The notes beneath the pieces are model-generated. The model searched no databases. It was not told where the DNA came from and worked only from the letters and a program-made list of their open reading frames with translations. DNA of 64,000 nucleotides, from the NCBI RefSeq assembly GCF_006345805.1, contig NC_043003.1, forward strand, positions 28,644,001 to 28,708,000. The letters run 5' to 3'. Shown one piece after another: positions 13,817 to 27,672 of this stretch. Both the position numbers and the translations under genes were made by a program. Origin of the DNA: Octopus sinensis. Its lineage: Eukaryota. Each line of letters starts with the position of its first letter. Within the stretch, counting starts at the first letter, position 1.

Positions 13817-14129
13817 CCCCCAAACGGAATAAGAACGTAACGGATGACAATAAAAACATTCAGATAGATAATACAAAGACGGACTGGAAAAACCAGGGTC
13901 GATCACTCGTGTTCCTCTATTCATCAGTTAAGCTTTCAATTATCATTACAGTTTCGGCCTATTAAACTTGAGACTGTTCAAAATTGGTAGGCTCCAAAAA
14001 TCTAAGGTAAGAGCATTACATTTTTAGAAGAAAGGAAGCAAATGTGTACAAAACAGACAAAAAACGAGAAATATATATATACGTCATACATACATCCTAC
14101 ATAATACAGACATGCATACATACATACAT

Positions 14130-14211
<82 letters not shown>

Positions 14212-14641
14212 AATACATACATGCATATGTATATATATATGTATATATATATACATATACTCTTTATCTTTTATTAAACTTTTAATACTTTTGATATATA
14301 TTATAACAAAAAAATAATAATAAATTAATAAATAAAATAATATATAAATATAAAAATATACATACATACATATATATATATTTGTATATATATATATAAA
14401 ATTTATAAGTTTAAATTATTTAAATAATTTTTTATTTTTAACTTTTATATTTTCAAATTAATTTTATGTATTGGCTTATGTTTTTCAGTTTGATTTGCCT
14501 AATAGGGGTTTTATCTCTAATTTTATATAATATAATATAATATATTTATACTATAAAATTGGATTTAATCCTAAATCTAATTTTTCCCTGTAGTTTGGAT
14601 TTATTCCCTAATATTATTATTATATGTAATATATATATATG

Positions 14642-14761
<120 letters not shown>

Positions 14762-14810
14762 ATATATATAGAGAGAGAGAGAGAGATAGATAGATAGATG
14801 ATAGATAGAT

Positions 14811-14862
<52 letters not shown>

Positions 14863-15516
14863 TATAAATAGACATACACACATATATACGTACATATATA
14901 CGCATACACATACGTAAATGTTGAACGATGGAAATTATATCCACCGCATTGGTGGATATAATTTCTATATTTTTTAATTAAAGCCACCATTAGTTTCATG
15001 TTAATAAAAGTAGGAATATGTCCTAGCGTCTTTACAGCTTTTCAAGCCAGTCACATGGAGAAAGGTATTCCCCCTCCATTTTAGAAAACATATATTTTGG
15101 AAAATATATTTATGCACACAAAACGCCATTATCAACCACCCCACGACTACCAATACACCACGCGTCACGCTAACGTAAAGGCGTAAATCTATTCTCCAAT
15201 GAAACCAAATACAGATACCGGATTTGCTAGAAAGACAATCAAATGCCTTTAAATTACACCCGATCACCGTAAGCATGTACGACATACAGAGTAAACGAAC
15301 AAGCTAGTAAACAGATAAAGAAAGATGGGATTGTCGCACCTGGATGGTTTTGATCTATTTTGCTCATGGCTGAACTGAGACTGAATAACATCTATGCCCT
15401 GATTCCTACACAAGTTCCTGTTCTTTTGTCATTCAATCGAGCCGCCTGCTTACCTGCTTGCTTGCCTGTCTATCTGTCTGTGTGTCTGTCTATCTATCTA
15501 TCTATCTATCTATCTA

Positions 15517-15565
<49 letters not shown>

Positions 15566-15751
15566 GTCTGTCTGTGCGTCCGTTTGTGTATATCTGTCTG
15601 TCGGTCCGTATCTCTTTCTCCTCTCTCTCTCTCACCTGTCTCTCTCTCCTCTCCCTTTCGCTCCTCTCCCTCTATCCCCTCTATCCCCCTTTCTCTCTCT
15701 ATATATATACATTAACAGATTCAACATATATATATATATATATACTCTCCC

Positions 15752-16143
15752 TTTACTCTCTTTTACTTGTTTCAGTCATTTGACTGCGGCCATGCTGGAG
15801 CACCGCCTTTAATCGAGCAACTCGACCCCGGGACTTATTTTTTTGTAAGCCCAGTACTTATTCTATCGGTCTCTTTTGCCGAACCGCTAAGTAACGGGGA
15901 CATAAACACACCAGCATCGGTTGTCAAGGGGGACAAACACAGACACACAAACACACACACGCATATATATATACACATATATGACGGGCTTCTTTCAGTT
16001 TCTGTCTACCAAATCCACTCACAAGGCTTTGGTCGGCCCGAGGCTATAGTAGAAGACACTTGCCCAAGGTGCCACGCAGGGGGACTGAACCCAGAACCAT
16101 GTGGTTGGTAAACACGCTACTTACCACACAGCCACTCCTGCGC
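15752..16143 (-). mobile_element. SINE family A
   Basis: Near-consensus copy. Confidence 0.9.
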
Positions 16144-16179
16144 ATATATATATATATATATATGTTGCTATATGTTTGC

Positions 16180-16274
<95 letters not shown>

Positions 16275-16803
16275 CCTACCTACCTACCAGTCTGTTTGAC
16301 TGTCCATCTATCTGAGTGTTTGCTTGTGTGTGTGTGCCTGTATGTCTATATCTGCCTGTCAGTCTCTTTCGCTTCCTCTCTCTCTCTCTATCTCTCTATC
16401 TCTCTATCTATCTATCTGTCTGTCTGCCCGCCTGCCTGCCTGCCTGCCTGTCTATCTGTCTCTGCCTACATTTCTATCTATCTACCTATCGACCTATCTG
16501 TCTATCTATCTATCTATCTATTTATCTATCTATCTATCTGTCAATCGATCTATCGATCTGTCTTTCTGTCTGTCCGTCTGACCGATTTATTTCCAATATC
16601 TTTCCCACGTAATTCTGTGTGCGTGTGTGCCAGCGTACATGCATATATACGCCTGTGTGTGTCTGCATCTATGTCTGAGTGTGTGTGAGAATCGCATGTA
16701 TCTGCGCGCGCACGCGTGTGTAATAATTTCTCTCCCCACACCTCAACGTTCCTCCTTATGCTATAATATAAACAAAGACATCTTCAGCCGTTTAGTATCC
16801 CAG

Positions 16804-16873
16804 TGAGTCAAAATCGTACCACACGTCGATGTCATTACGCGTTGTGACGTAGTTAATCTATCGGACCAATCAG
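16804..16873 (+). promoter_or_regulatory. Candidate AP-1 + CRE/ATF-like + CCAAT cluster
   Basis: TGAGTCA 16804-16810, GTGACGTA 16844-16851, GACCAATCAG 16864-16873 in CpG-containing unique DNA. Confidence 0.3.
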
Positions 16874-16967
16874 ATACCGCTGATGCAACTCCATAGTAAA
16901 CTACTTTCTCTAGTTCTCTGTCACACTCCAGTTAACTACCTCCTACCACCTCTCTTTCCCTCCTACC

Positions 16968-17082
<115 letters not shown>

Positions 17083-17156
17083 CCTATCTGTCTGTCTATC
17101 TTTCTATCTATCTAAATATCTCGCTAATCATTATTATCTTTATCGCTTTCTCCTCT

Positions 17157-17206
<50 letters not shown>

Positions 17207-17280
17207 CGTTCACTCGCTCGCTCACTCACTCGCTCGCTCACTCGCTCGCTCCTTCGTTCTTTCACGTATATTAGTTATCC

Positions 17281-17307
17281 GTGACGTAAATATTTTCTGA
17301 CCAATCA
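17281..17307 (+). promoter_or_regulatory. Second CRE/ATF-like + CCAAT module
   Basis: GTGACGTA-10 nt-GACCAATCA. Confidence 0.3.
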
Positions 17308-17434
17308 AATTCTAGTTCCTAATACATTTATTTGTTTATTTATTTTAGTTTCAGCAATGACATCCAGGTTACACTCATTGCACCTGTATGTTAGATGGTA
17401 TCGCTACCGCTTCTGCCGCTGCTGAAACCGCTCC

Positions 17435-17551
17435 CGTTGTTGTTGCTGCTGCTGCTGCTGCCGCTGCTGCTGCCGCTGCTGAAGAAGATGATGATGATGA
17501 CCACAATGATGACGATGATGATGACGATGACGATGATGATGGTGATGATGA

Positions 17552-17614
<63 letters not shown>

Positions 17615-17780
17615 GACCACAATGATGATGGTGATGATGATGATGATAACGATGATGATGATGACCACGATGATGATGGTGATGATGATGATGATGACCA
17701 TGGTGATGATGATGATGATGATGCTGATGATGATGATGCAGCTTCTGCTGTTGCTGCTACTCATGTTGATGATAACGATA
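17435..17780. repeat. (GCT)n-(GAT)n trinucleotide tract
   Basis: Read directly; source of the poly-A/D/M ORF 17388..17909. Confidence 0.9.
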
Positions 17781-18251
17781 CTATTGCTTTTTATACATTT
17801 TTGCTTTCCTTTTCTATTTTCTTTCTGCATTCTATTAGTCATCTATTCTTTTACTTATATCATTCAGTGGACTGCGGCCATACTGGAGTTCCGACTTGCA
17901 ATGTTCTAGTCAAATCAATTCAAGTTTCTAGATTCGTTTTCAAAAAAGAAAAAAAAATGTTACTTATTTTATCGATCATGTAAACGAACCGCGATGTTGC
18001 GTGTAAAGGCTCTGAGAGAAACTTAGCAAGGTTGAACGACAAGTGCTATTTGGGACCCCAGATGATGGCATTAGGGAAAAGCGTGCAGATAGCTACGATC
18101 CTCTCCTTAGTATTCTGGGACCCCGACCAACGTACCGGCTAACATCCCTCCACTTCCTAAAGGTCCAAGTTACAGGGACGCAAACACACCAACAAACACT
18201 AAAACAAAGGCTCGCATACAGATATACGTACATATATACATGCATACATAC

Positions 18252-18320
<69 letters not shown>

Positions 18321-18341
18321 CATGCATATTTACATATGCGT

Positions 18342-18460
18342 AGTGAAGGCACGTGGCTAACTGGTTAGGGTATTCGGCTCATGAATGTAAGTTTTTCTGA
18401 GTTCAATTACTAGTGCTGCACTACGCCTTTGAGCAAAACACTTTATTTCACTTTGCTTTA
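18342..18460 (+). mobile_element. Degenerate tRNA-SINE head
   Basis: GTGGCTAACTGGTTAGGG A box, GAGTTCAATT B box, CTTTGAGCAAAACACTT core-like segment. Confidence 0.55.
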
Positions 18461-18721
18461 GGTGCTGCGCACTGGGTTTGAGCCTGAAGTTACGCGACTC
18501 CAAAACGTACTTCTCAACCACTCAACGTAGACATTTGTTCTCCTTTATTTTACTCTTCGCAATAAGAATTCCTCGCTTGCAACGCATTTTTTGTTGTTTA
18601 GTTCCAGTCAATCCAGATTCAGTAGACCTATGGTCAAAGGCGATCTATCCGTGACTATTTCATCTTATTTTGAAGTAGAGCAGAACCAACAGAATCCATA
18701 ACAGGAATCGAAACTAGAACC

Positions 18722-19065
18722 GCTTGTTTCAGTTATTGGACAGTGGCCATGCTGGGGTACAGACTTGAAAAGTTTTAATCGAACGAATCAAACCCGGTAC
18801 TTGTTTTTGTTTCTAAGTCTGGAACATGGTGCACAGCTACAGGGGTGTAAACAAACCAACGCCAGTTGTCAAGCGATGGAGACGATGGGGGCAAACACAG
18901 ACACAAAGACACACACGCGTGGCTGTGTGGTAAGAAGCTTGCTTCCCAACCACATAGTTCTGGGTTCTGTTCCACTGCATGGCATCCACTGTAGTGTCTT
19001 TTACTATAGTCTCAGACTGACTAAAACCCTGTGAGATTTTTAGACGAAAACTGAAAGACACCCAT

Positions 19066-19096
<31 letters not shown>

Positions 19097-19500
19097 TTGT
19101 GTGTGTGTGTGCGTGCGTGTGTGTGTGTGTGTGTGCGTGCGTGTATGTGTGAGTGTGTGTGTCTGTCTGTCTGTGTTTGTATGCTACTACTGCTTGAGAA
19201 CTGGTGTCAGTGTGTTTATGTCCCCGTGACTTAGCGGTTCGGCAATATGGACAAGGCTTTAAAAAATTACTGGGGTCAATTCATTCGTCTAAAAATTCTC
19301 CTGTGGTGCTCCACCATGGCCGCAGTCTACTGACCTAAGCAAGATAAAGGTAAAAGATATACGACGGGCTTCCACACAGTTTCCACCAACCAAGTTCAGG
19401 CATTGGTCGTTCCGGGAGTATAGTAGAAAACACTTGCCCAAGTTGTTGCAGAGCGGGACTAGGTCCAAAACCCTGTGGATGCTAAGCGTGTTTCTTAATC
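18722..19500. mobile_element. Cluster of old SINE family A fragments in both orientations
   Basis: Minus tail 18722-18915, plus copy about 18918-19358, minus head about 19360-19500. Confidence 0.7.
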
Positions 19501-19787
19501 AAATAACCATGCATGTCTAAAGTATTAGAAATAACAGCTAAATTACCCTCAAATCCTCACACTAAGGCTTCGAAAAAATTTAATTTACTCCCAGAAGAGC
19601 ACCGGGTGGGCACAGTTGGAACGCCTGAAGGGCTAAAACCTACCAACGTCCCCGACAACATCAATAGAACTGCTGGTTATAGTAATCAGATCAATTAAAA
19701 TCCTTTACTACTGTCTTAAAAAATATAATGTAGTTTCTAAAGGATACAGGATAGTCACGGATGGAATGCCTGTAGAGATAAGAGATC

Positions 19788-20200
19788 GGTGAACTGGCAG
19801 AATCGCTAGCACGCCGGGTGAAATGCTTAGCGGTATTTCGTCTGCCGCTACGTTCTGAGTTCAAATTCCGCCGAGGTCGACTTGGCCTTTCATCCTTTCG
19901 GGGTCGAAAAATTAAGTACCAGTTACACACTGGGGTCGAAATAATCGATTTTTCCGTTTGTCTGTCCTTTTTGTCCCCCTCTGTGTGTAGCCCCTTGTGG
20001 GCAGTAAAGAAATAGGTATTTCGTCTGCCGTTACGATCTGAGTTCAAATTTCGCCGAGGTCGACTTTACCTTTCATCCTTTCGGGGGTCGATAAATTAAG
20101 TACCAGTTACGCACTGGGATCGATCTAATCGACTTAATCCCTTTGTCTGCCCTTGTTTGTCCCCTCTATGTTTAGCCCCTTGTGGGCAGTAAAGAAATAA
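19788..20200 (+). mobile_element. tRNA-derived SINE family B, dimeric form
   Basis: Head (G/A)CTGGCAGAATCG..GAGTTCAAATTC, central GCCTTTCATCCTTTCGGGGTCGATAAATTAAGTACCAG, tail CCCCTTGTGGGCAGTAAAGAAATA; second unit restarts at GGTATTTCGTC. Confidence 0.85.
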
Positions 20201-20383
20201 GAGTTACCAGTAGACTAAACAACTAACAGACTAGTTGGCAGTGCTGATTAAGTTAGATCCTGTTTTAACAGAGCAAAAATAAGTGCGTGCGAATTTATGT
20301 TAGTGAGAAACACAAGCAATCAGCATTTCCACCTCGTGGCCTCACCAATAATCACAAATGTACAGTTATCATTGTGTGAACTG

Positions 20384-20436
<53 letters not shown>

Positions 20437-20971
20437 TATTATTATTATTATTATTACTTTTCTCGACTACGTCAATTAAATTTTATCGTATTTTCAAGGT
20501 CGTGTAGGTTTGTCGTCAGTGTATTTATTGCTCCTTATCTTCCTGGGGTTATTGTTTCTCAGCAAGCAAAGCAGGTCCGTAAAGAAACAGAGAACAACAC
20601 GGTGGCACCCGAGAGGGCGAGATTGTGTATGTCACCGAATTTGAAGGAAACTTTCATCTATCGTCGATGAAAGACAAGGTGTGCGTATGTGTGCGTGTGT
20701 CTGGGGGTGGGGGTCGTTTTGGTGCACAAAAACACATTTTTCTGTTATTTATTTACTTTTCTAAATCGTTATCGTTCTCAATTTTATCATGTGATCAGTT
20801 ATTTGTACAAATTAAGTACGTAAATATGAAAGATGTGTATGTATGTATCTATATACGCATGTAAACGCACACACACACTCACAAACACACACGCGCGCAC
20901 ACACGCGCGCATACCCACACATACATACACATATGTATGTAAATATAAATATGTGTGTGTATGTTTGTATT

Positions 20972-21323
20972 GAGGCCAGAAGAAACGCTACAAGGACTCC
21001 CTGAAAACGAACCTCAAAAAGTATGACATCGACTTCACTAACTGGGAGGAAACGGCAAAAAAACAGACCACTCTGGAAAACCACCATCCATGAGGGAACG
21101 GCGACTTTCGAGTCGAAAAAGTCTGCAGAGCTGGAGGAGAAAAGACGGCGACGGAAGGAGCGCCAACAACAACCACGTGCGACTCTCCCTTCCGGCACTA
21201 GATGTCCGCACTGCGACCGATCTTTTCAAGCAAGAATTGGTCTTATCGGTCACCTACGGACTCACCAGTAAATTTGCGCGAAGATCATCATCCTCGACCT
21301 TGAGGGATTGCCATCATCATCAT
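20972..21323 (+). mobile_element. RTE-clade LINE 3' end (5'-truncated) with C-terminal C2H2 finger
   Basis: GQKKRYKDSLKTNLKKYDIDFTNWEETAK/NRPLWKTTIHEG...CPHCDRSFQARIGLIGHLRTHQ*, short 3' UTR, (CAT)n tail. Confidence 0.85.
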
Positions 21324-21332
21324 GTATATATA

Positions 21333-21563
21333 TGTTTCTTTACTGCCCACAAGGGGCTAAACATAGAGGGGACAAACAAGGACAGACAAAGGGATTAAGT
21401 CGATTACATCGACCCCAGTGCGAAACTGTTACTTTATTTATCGACCCCGAAAGGATGAAAGACAAAGTCGACCTCGGCGGAATTTGAACTCAGAACGTAA
21501 CGACAGACGAAATACTGCTAAGCATTTCGCCCGGCATGCTAACGTTTCTGCCAGCTCGCCGCC
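21333..21563 (-). mobile_element. SINE family B monomer
   Basis: Full head to tail, reverse complement. Confidence 0.85.
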
Positions 21564-21993
21564 ATTTGTATGTATATATATATAATATAATATAATATAA
21601 TATAATATATCATAACGACGTACGCATACGTCTACCGGCTAGAAATGAGGGATCTGCGCAGTTTGGCGTACAGATTTTTGAAATAATTTTTTTTTAACCA
21701 AACAGTTTGAAACTTTGTATACAGGTAGAATTTCTCATCCAGAACACGGTTTACTTTGAACATTCCTGACAAAATTTCGTACTTCAGAAGTTATTTCGTG
21801 TAAAGTTGTCGTATTTGGGTAATTTTAGCCAATCAAAGCCGTGTATTCAGTTGAAAAAATATATTGCTGTTTGCGATAGTAATCGAAGAGGTACAACACA
21901 CACACACGTGTGCGTGTGTGTGTGTGCAAGGGATAGAGAGAGGAAAAGAAGAGAACAAGGAAAGAGTGATATATAAACAGATCTATCTATCTA

Positions 21994-22035
<42 letters not shown>

Positions 22036-22052
22036 CTGTGTGTATATGTATA

Positions 22053-22083
<31 letters not shown>

Positions 22084-22131
22084 GTATGTATGGATATGTA
22101 TGTACACACACACATAAACACACACACACAG

Positions 22132-22167
<36 letters not shown>

Positions 22168-22200
22168 GCATATATTTATATATACATGCATACATAAATA

Positions 22201-23633
22201 TACAGGGTGTCCCAAAAGAATGTGCTTACTCTATAAATGACAATAAATACATTATTTATTGATTTTGAAGCTAGATCAATGGTGAAATGCATAAATGGAT
22301 ACATGCATGTTTACAAATGTTCAAACTGACGCCCGTCGATTACGAAACATAACTAATAGCACAGATCAATGGATTCAACAGCGTTTGGAACTGTGAGATA
22401 TTGTCTTTCAATTTCCTCTTTTATCTCATCGACTCTTGCCGGTTTTGAGCCGTAAGCCTTATCTTTGAGATAACCCCGCAAATAGAAGTCCAGTGGAGTG
22501 AGATCTGGAGAAAGTTTAGGCAATTCATCGCCACCTCTTCGCTTAATCCATCTGCTTAGAAAAGTTTCAGCAACATCGGCCTTTACATCACAATAGCAGT
22601 GAGGTAACGCTCCTTCTTGCTGAAAGTAAGTCTCTTAGTCACTGAACTTCGACGACACGTGGAAAGACGGATTCCTGCAGCAAGTTTAGATAAACATCTC
22701 CAGTGACAGTTTGGTCGAAAAAGAATGGCCCTAGGATGCCCAATGCTGATATCCCAAAGCACACTGTAACCCTTAGTATGTTCTAATGATGTTCCATAGT
22801 AACATGCAGATTTTCAGGTGCCCAACACGTGCAATTGTATGGGTTAATTCAGCCATTTAACTTAAAGCTAGCCTTATGCTCCAAACGATTTTGAATAGAA
22901 ATATTGCATACTAGCTGACCACGTGCCGTCAATAATGACGGCTAATTGTAGTATTTTATATATAAACAAGGTGCAAAATAAGATACATAATAATCACTCA
23001 TACAAACATTCACACACTTCCCTTGTACACGCACACACATATATTCACACAGAGTTGAAACACTTATTTTTCGCCCCTTCCTTCCTTATTCATCTATCAC
23101 CCCTTTCTCTCATTGATATTACTTTCTCTCATTCCTTCTCAGTCAGGGCTATTACTCTCACTACTTCTCCTTCACTGAATTACGATTTTCTCTTCTCCTC
23201 CGCGTCGGGCGAGATTCTGGACAAATTTATCTATATACAAATATAAAAAAAAACACTTTGTTCATTATTGTATTGGGAAATTCCTCTCATTTTTCCCAGA
23301 TACTATTCACAAAATTCAACTCTCCGGTCAGAATAGTCTTTATCGAGGGCGTGGATTAATGTTGGGATGTAACATTTTCAATGAACTCGCTTCAAAATGC
23401 AATGGTTCGCTTCGGTTGGGGATTTCTGCCTCACGAGCCATTTATCGTACATATTTCAGCGGGGATCGGTGGAGGGTTTTCAGGAATTATTTTACCTTTG
23501 CGGGGCTGGTTTATGACCGTGTTCTTCATGAACACCCCTTATGGACGTCATGCACAGTTCCATCTGATTCAAGCCTATCTATAACATCGCTCCACGTACA
23601 CACACGCACAAATACATACACATACTCACAGAA

Positions 23634-23665
<32 letters not shown>

Positions 23666-24271
23666 CAAACGTTGCCTTGGTGGATATTGGCGAAAATGTT
23701 TTCTACAGGCGCAGGAGTGGCTGTGTGGTAAGTAGCTTGCTTACCAATCACATGGTTCTGGGTTCATTCCCACTGCGTGGCACCGTGGGAAAATGTCTTC
23801 TACTATAGCCTCGGGCCGACCAAGGCCTTGTGAGTGGATTTGGTAGACGGAAACCGAAAAAAGCCCGTCGTATATATATATATGTGTGTGTGTGTGTCTG
23901 TGTTTGTTCCCCTTAACATCGCTTGACAACCGATGCTGTTGTGTTTACGTCCCCGTAACTTAGCGGTTCGGCAAAAGAGACCGATAGAATAAGTACTAGG
24001 CTAGAAAAGAATAAGTCCTGGGTTCGATTTGCTCGACTAAAGGCGGCGCTCAAGCATGGCCGCAGTCAAATGACTGAAACATGTAAAAGAGTAAAAAGAG
24101 AGTATATTGTCTTCCATAATGTTTTTGCGCTGCTATTCATAGTTTACGATAAATTTTCTTTCTTCAAAACTCTGCTGTATTTCTGCTATTATTAGGGATA
24201 ATTTGATCTGAAAAATTCAATGAGCTATGCGGAATCAAAATGGGAGTACATTTGAGGGGGGACAACTTGCA
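22201..24271 (-). mobile_element. Fragmented Tc1/mariner element of the DD41D (rosa-like) group
   Basis: TIR TA|CAGGGTGTCCC at 22201; minus strand YFQQ(E)GALPH...SPDLTPLDFYLRGYLKDKAY with 41 residues between the 2nd and 3rd catalytic positions; N-terminal pieces YIPTLIHALDKDYSDRRVEFCE (~23320-23380) and FEERKFIV (~24140-24170); degenerate TIR near 24250-24271. Confidence 0.75.
23707..24102 (+). mobile_element. SINE family A nested in the DD41D element
   Basis: Near-consensus full-length copy. Confidence 0.9.
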
Positions 24272-24784
24272 CACACGCATGCGTGCGCACACACACATAT
24301 ATACACGTACACGCACTCAACAAATACATACATAATTACCTGTAATCACGTGTAAATCACGTGCATTTAGCCATTTGATTAGTTCAAAATCTGGCCTACA
24401 TTTCACGTCTGCCCTGGGCCTATCAGTAGTTTTGAAACGTGGCCCAACTCCAACATCAGCTGAGACAGAAACTAGAAATGGTTCCAGCCAAGGCACAATG
24501 TTACTTATTTCTTTTATGACGAAAGGAACCGTTATCAAGAGGATGCCACTGCTGTTTCTACAAGGCCGCGCAAGCGACCTCTTTAAAGACCTGCACGTTC
24601 AATCATGTTTATATACTTTCTTTATACTGGTGTTTATCGTAGTTTCAAGGTCACGTGCTTTATCATCAGAATGTCCGGACTTACGTTGACAGATGTCGAC
24701 TCCCTGTTGTTCATGATTTCATTGTCAACAAACCTACACACACACACACACATAGATATATAAGTTCATTATTTCATTCTTTTA

Positions 24785-25176
24785 CGTGTTTCAGCCTAAG
24801 TGGCCATGCTGGGGCACCGCCAGTATCGTCACCTTTTCAATGGCTATTCATACTCGGTTGGCTTTTCGTGAATGGAGGAATTTGATACTGCTTCTCTCGT
24901 TTGAATTTCTTTCTGTGATGTAAGTTCACCTGGGATCTTGGACAACAGAAAGTCTAGGTGCTTCTTGAAAACATCTGTCCCCACTGCATGTAGGTCTCTC
25001 AGTTTTCTTGTGAGCGCCTGTGATTCTCAAACTATTGCAGTACCTGATCCTTACTCTAGACGGAAAAGGGTAAGACGTTTGGAACAATGTTGCGGCGTCC
25101 TCTTCGGGGACTGGTATAACTCTCGATGACAAAGCTTGGTACTGGCCCCTCAAGAATATTCCATATGTATATCACT

Positions 25177-25256
<80 letters not shown>

Positions 25257-26175
25257 TCACTCCTAGGAGCAGAGTTGTAATTCTTTCACTCTCTCCCAGT
25301 AGCTCAAGTGTTTCGTTGATGTAATCTTCGTGTAACACGGCTGAACTATCTCAAGTTCCGCTATGAAATTGACGCATTTTTGAGAGCAGTGGTCCAGATA
25401 GTTGAAAACAAATGTTGTCCATAAGACCAGCATGGTCGCTTGGAACTTTGTTCTGAAAGTTCTCAGAATCCATTCGGCCAGCCACTTGTACCTCTTGATA
25501 ATATGTACATGAAACGATGCCTCGTTGCTCATAGCAATACCCAAGTCTGCACTGTTATTGACTCAAAGATTGCTGCTCCTTTCGCCCCCAAATATTTTTG
25601 TTGTGGTGTGTTAGCAGACCAAAGAGCATGGAATTTTCTTGCATTAGATTGCATGTCTTCTTAGGCCTATTTTTATATGGTGTCTAGAACTTTCTGTTGA
25701 AGTAATCTTCATCGAGAAGATACTTCATCGAGAAGATACTTCACTGCTTATGCTACACTTGTGTCGCCAACATAGCTAGTAAGAGTGGCTGCCTGTATAA
25801 ATAACGGCATGTCTGAGGGGCCAAAACAAACAACAGCGGCCCCAAAAGCACTCTACTCGCTATTAACGTTTCCTTGGAGAGATCTCTATTGGCGACCTCA
25901 ACATGGCTTCTGTCTTTTAAGAAGTGATGCAACCACTCTCCCAGCTTTCCAGCTATGCCGAGATATCGCAGATTGAGACATATCATCTGGTGTTCAACCT
26001 TATCAAAGGCTTTTTGCAAAACAGAGATATATCGTATCCACGTTTCAAAGATTCATAAGCTGTTTCAGCACCTAGTCATAAGGCTGCAGAAGTTGTGTAA
26101 GGTGAAAGCCATTCTGGGTGTCAGGAGCAAGTCATTATCTTCCAAAACTGTGATGAGCTTCTTCCTGATAATTCT
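24785..26175 (-). mobile_element. Degenerate CR1-group LINE RT to 3' end
   Basis: ORFs 25753..26019 (KAFDKVEH, LGPLLF) and 25263..25544 (WILRTFRT); 3' UTR GGCGGTGCCCCAGCATGGCCAC at about 24800-24822. Confidence 0.85.
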
Positions 26176-26779
26176 AAATATAAAATAAATGCGCCCTTTT
26201 AAAGCCTAGCCAGGCTCATGGGCCCGGTTTTCCGGTTTCTGTGGCGTATGTGTTTCCCGGTTTCTATGACGTATGTGTTGACATACCCTATGGAGCAATC
26301 TTTTTGCTTATGTTTTGCATAATAGCTATAAAACATTGTAGCTTTATGTCAATAGAGAAACTGACAGACAAGCTTTGTTCCAGGACCTTTTTTTAAAATA
26401 CTTTTCCAATTAATTTTATGAATGTTCACACCGGAAAAGAATCGAGTGCTTCGAGTGAACTGCTCGTCTGTAGTTTTCCTCGTACCATACATTTTTATTT
26501 CCATTAAATTATGGTCCGAGAAATCATTGGTGTCACCTAAACATAATAGATAGGTTCCGCATTATTCACGAAACAGAGGTCTATGGACATTTTTACGCCT
26601 TGTTGGGTGGAGAATTATTTCTGTCATGAATAGCATATTTGTAAGGTGTTGTGTGGACGCCCCCAGACGATGAAGTAGACTAGCCCAATACGTAGATATA
26701 GAGGAAGAAGTCTAGACGTCGTAGTGTAGAGTAGTTGAGAGCGGAGTGGAGTTGAGTAGAGGTCATCCGAACGTGCGAC

Positions 26780-27235
26780 ATAACATAAGGTCAAGTAGAG
26801 ATTCTGCATGCTTCTGCTCATGCAGTGACATATCTGAGAGAACCTAAGGGAGGCTGAAAGCTATTAGAAGTATGTGAAGGCTGTCATCTGAGTGGGTAAA
26901 TACCTCGTTCATATTTCTGAGGCTTTCTTTGAGTCCTCAAGATTTGGAGCATCTGGTGGGTGATATATCATACATAATATCAGTTCGATTAGCTTAATAT
27001 GTAATATCGGTGTCATAGACAGAGCTCGAGTGTAACAGCAAGACTGCGGACGAGACATATACCCGGACGTACATCACAACACCACCACGAGTTCTTTCCA
27101 AAATGGAAACGAACACCGATGTTCCTTATATTAGGGTTAAAACATTCTGAGTAATTCCTTAACGTGAAACCAATGGTAGCCTTAGTACACACATAAAGAA
27201 TCTTTATCCAGCAATGCGGTATTGTTCAATATTTA
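26780..27235 (-). mobile_element. AP-endonuclease remnant of a LINE, probably the same element as 24785-26175
   Basis: Minus strand RGGVVMYV and LILCMIYHPPDAP (the GGV and IYRPP motifs of APE domains). Confidence 0.55.
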
Positions 27236-27239
27236 CAAT

Positions 27240-27431
27240 TATTTTCTTTTACTTGATTCAGTCATTTGACTGTGGCCAGTACTTATTCTTTGTAAGCCTA
27301 GTACTAATTCTATTGGTCCCTTTTGTCGATACAAGGACGTAAACACACCAACATCGATTGTCAAGCGATGATGGGGGGGACAATTACAGACACAAAGGCA
27401 CACATATAAATACACACAGGCACACACACAA

Positions 27432-27523
<92 letters not shown>

Positions 27524-27672
27524 CAGTTTCCGTCAACCAAAATCACTCTCATGGCTTTGGTCAGCTCAAGACTATAGTAGAAGACACTTGCCCAGGGTGC
27601 CATACTGTGGGACTGAACCCAGAAACATGTGGTTGGGAAGCAAGATTCTTACCAGACAGCTACGTCTGCGCC
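27240..27672 (-). mobile_element. SINE family A, diverged
   Basis: Head, microsatellite and tail recognisable. Confidence 0.8.

Noticed and set aside
17388-17909. 173-aa ORF with poly-A/D/M
   Set aside because: Translation of (GCT)n/(GAT)n; no domain content.
21023-21271. Host C2H2 zinc-finger gene
   Set aside because: A single finger following RTE ORF2 C-terminal motifs and a (CAT)n tail.
21645-21890. Possible DNA transposon end (GAGGGATCTGCGCAG...)
   Set aside because: No partner TIR or second copy in the window.
24345-24660. Three TCACGTG E-boxes
   Set aside because: Two come from a 10-bp tandem duplication; no independent support.
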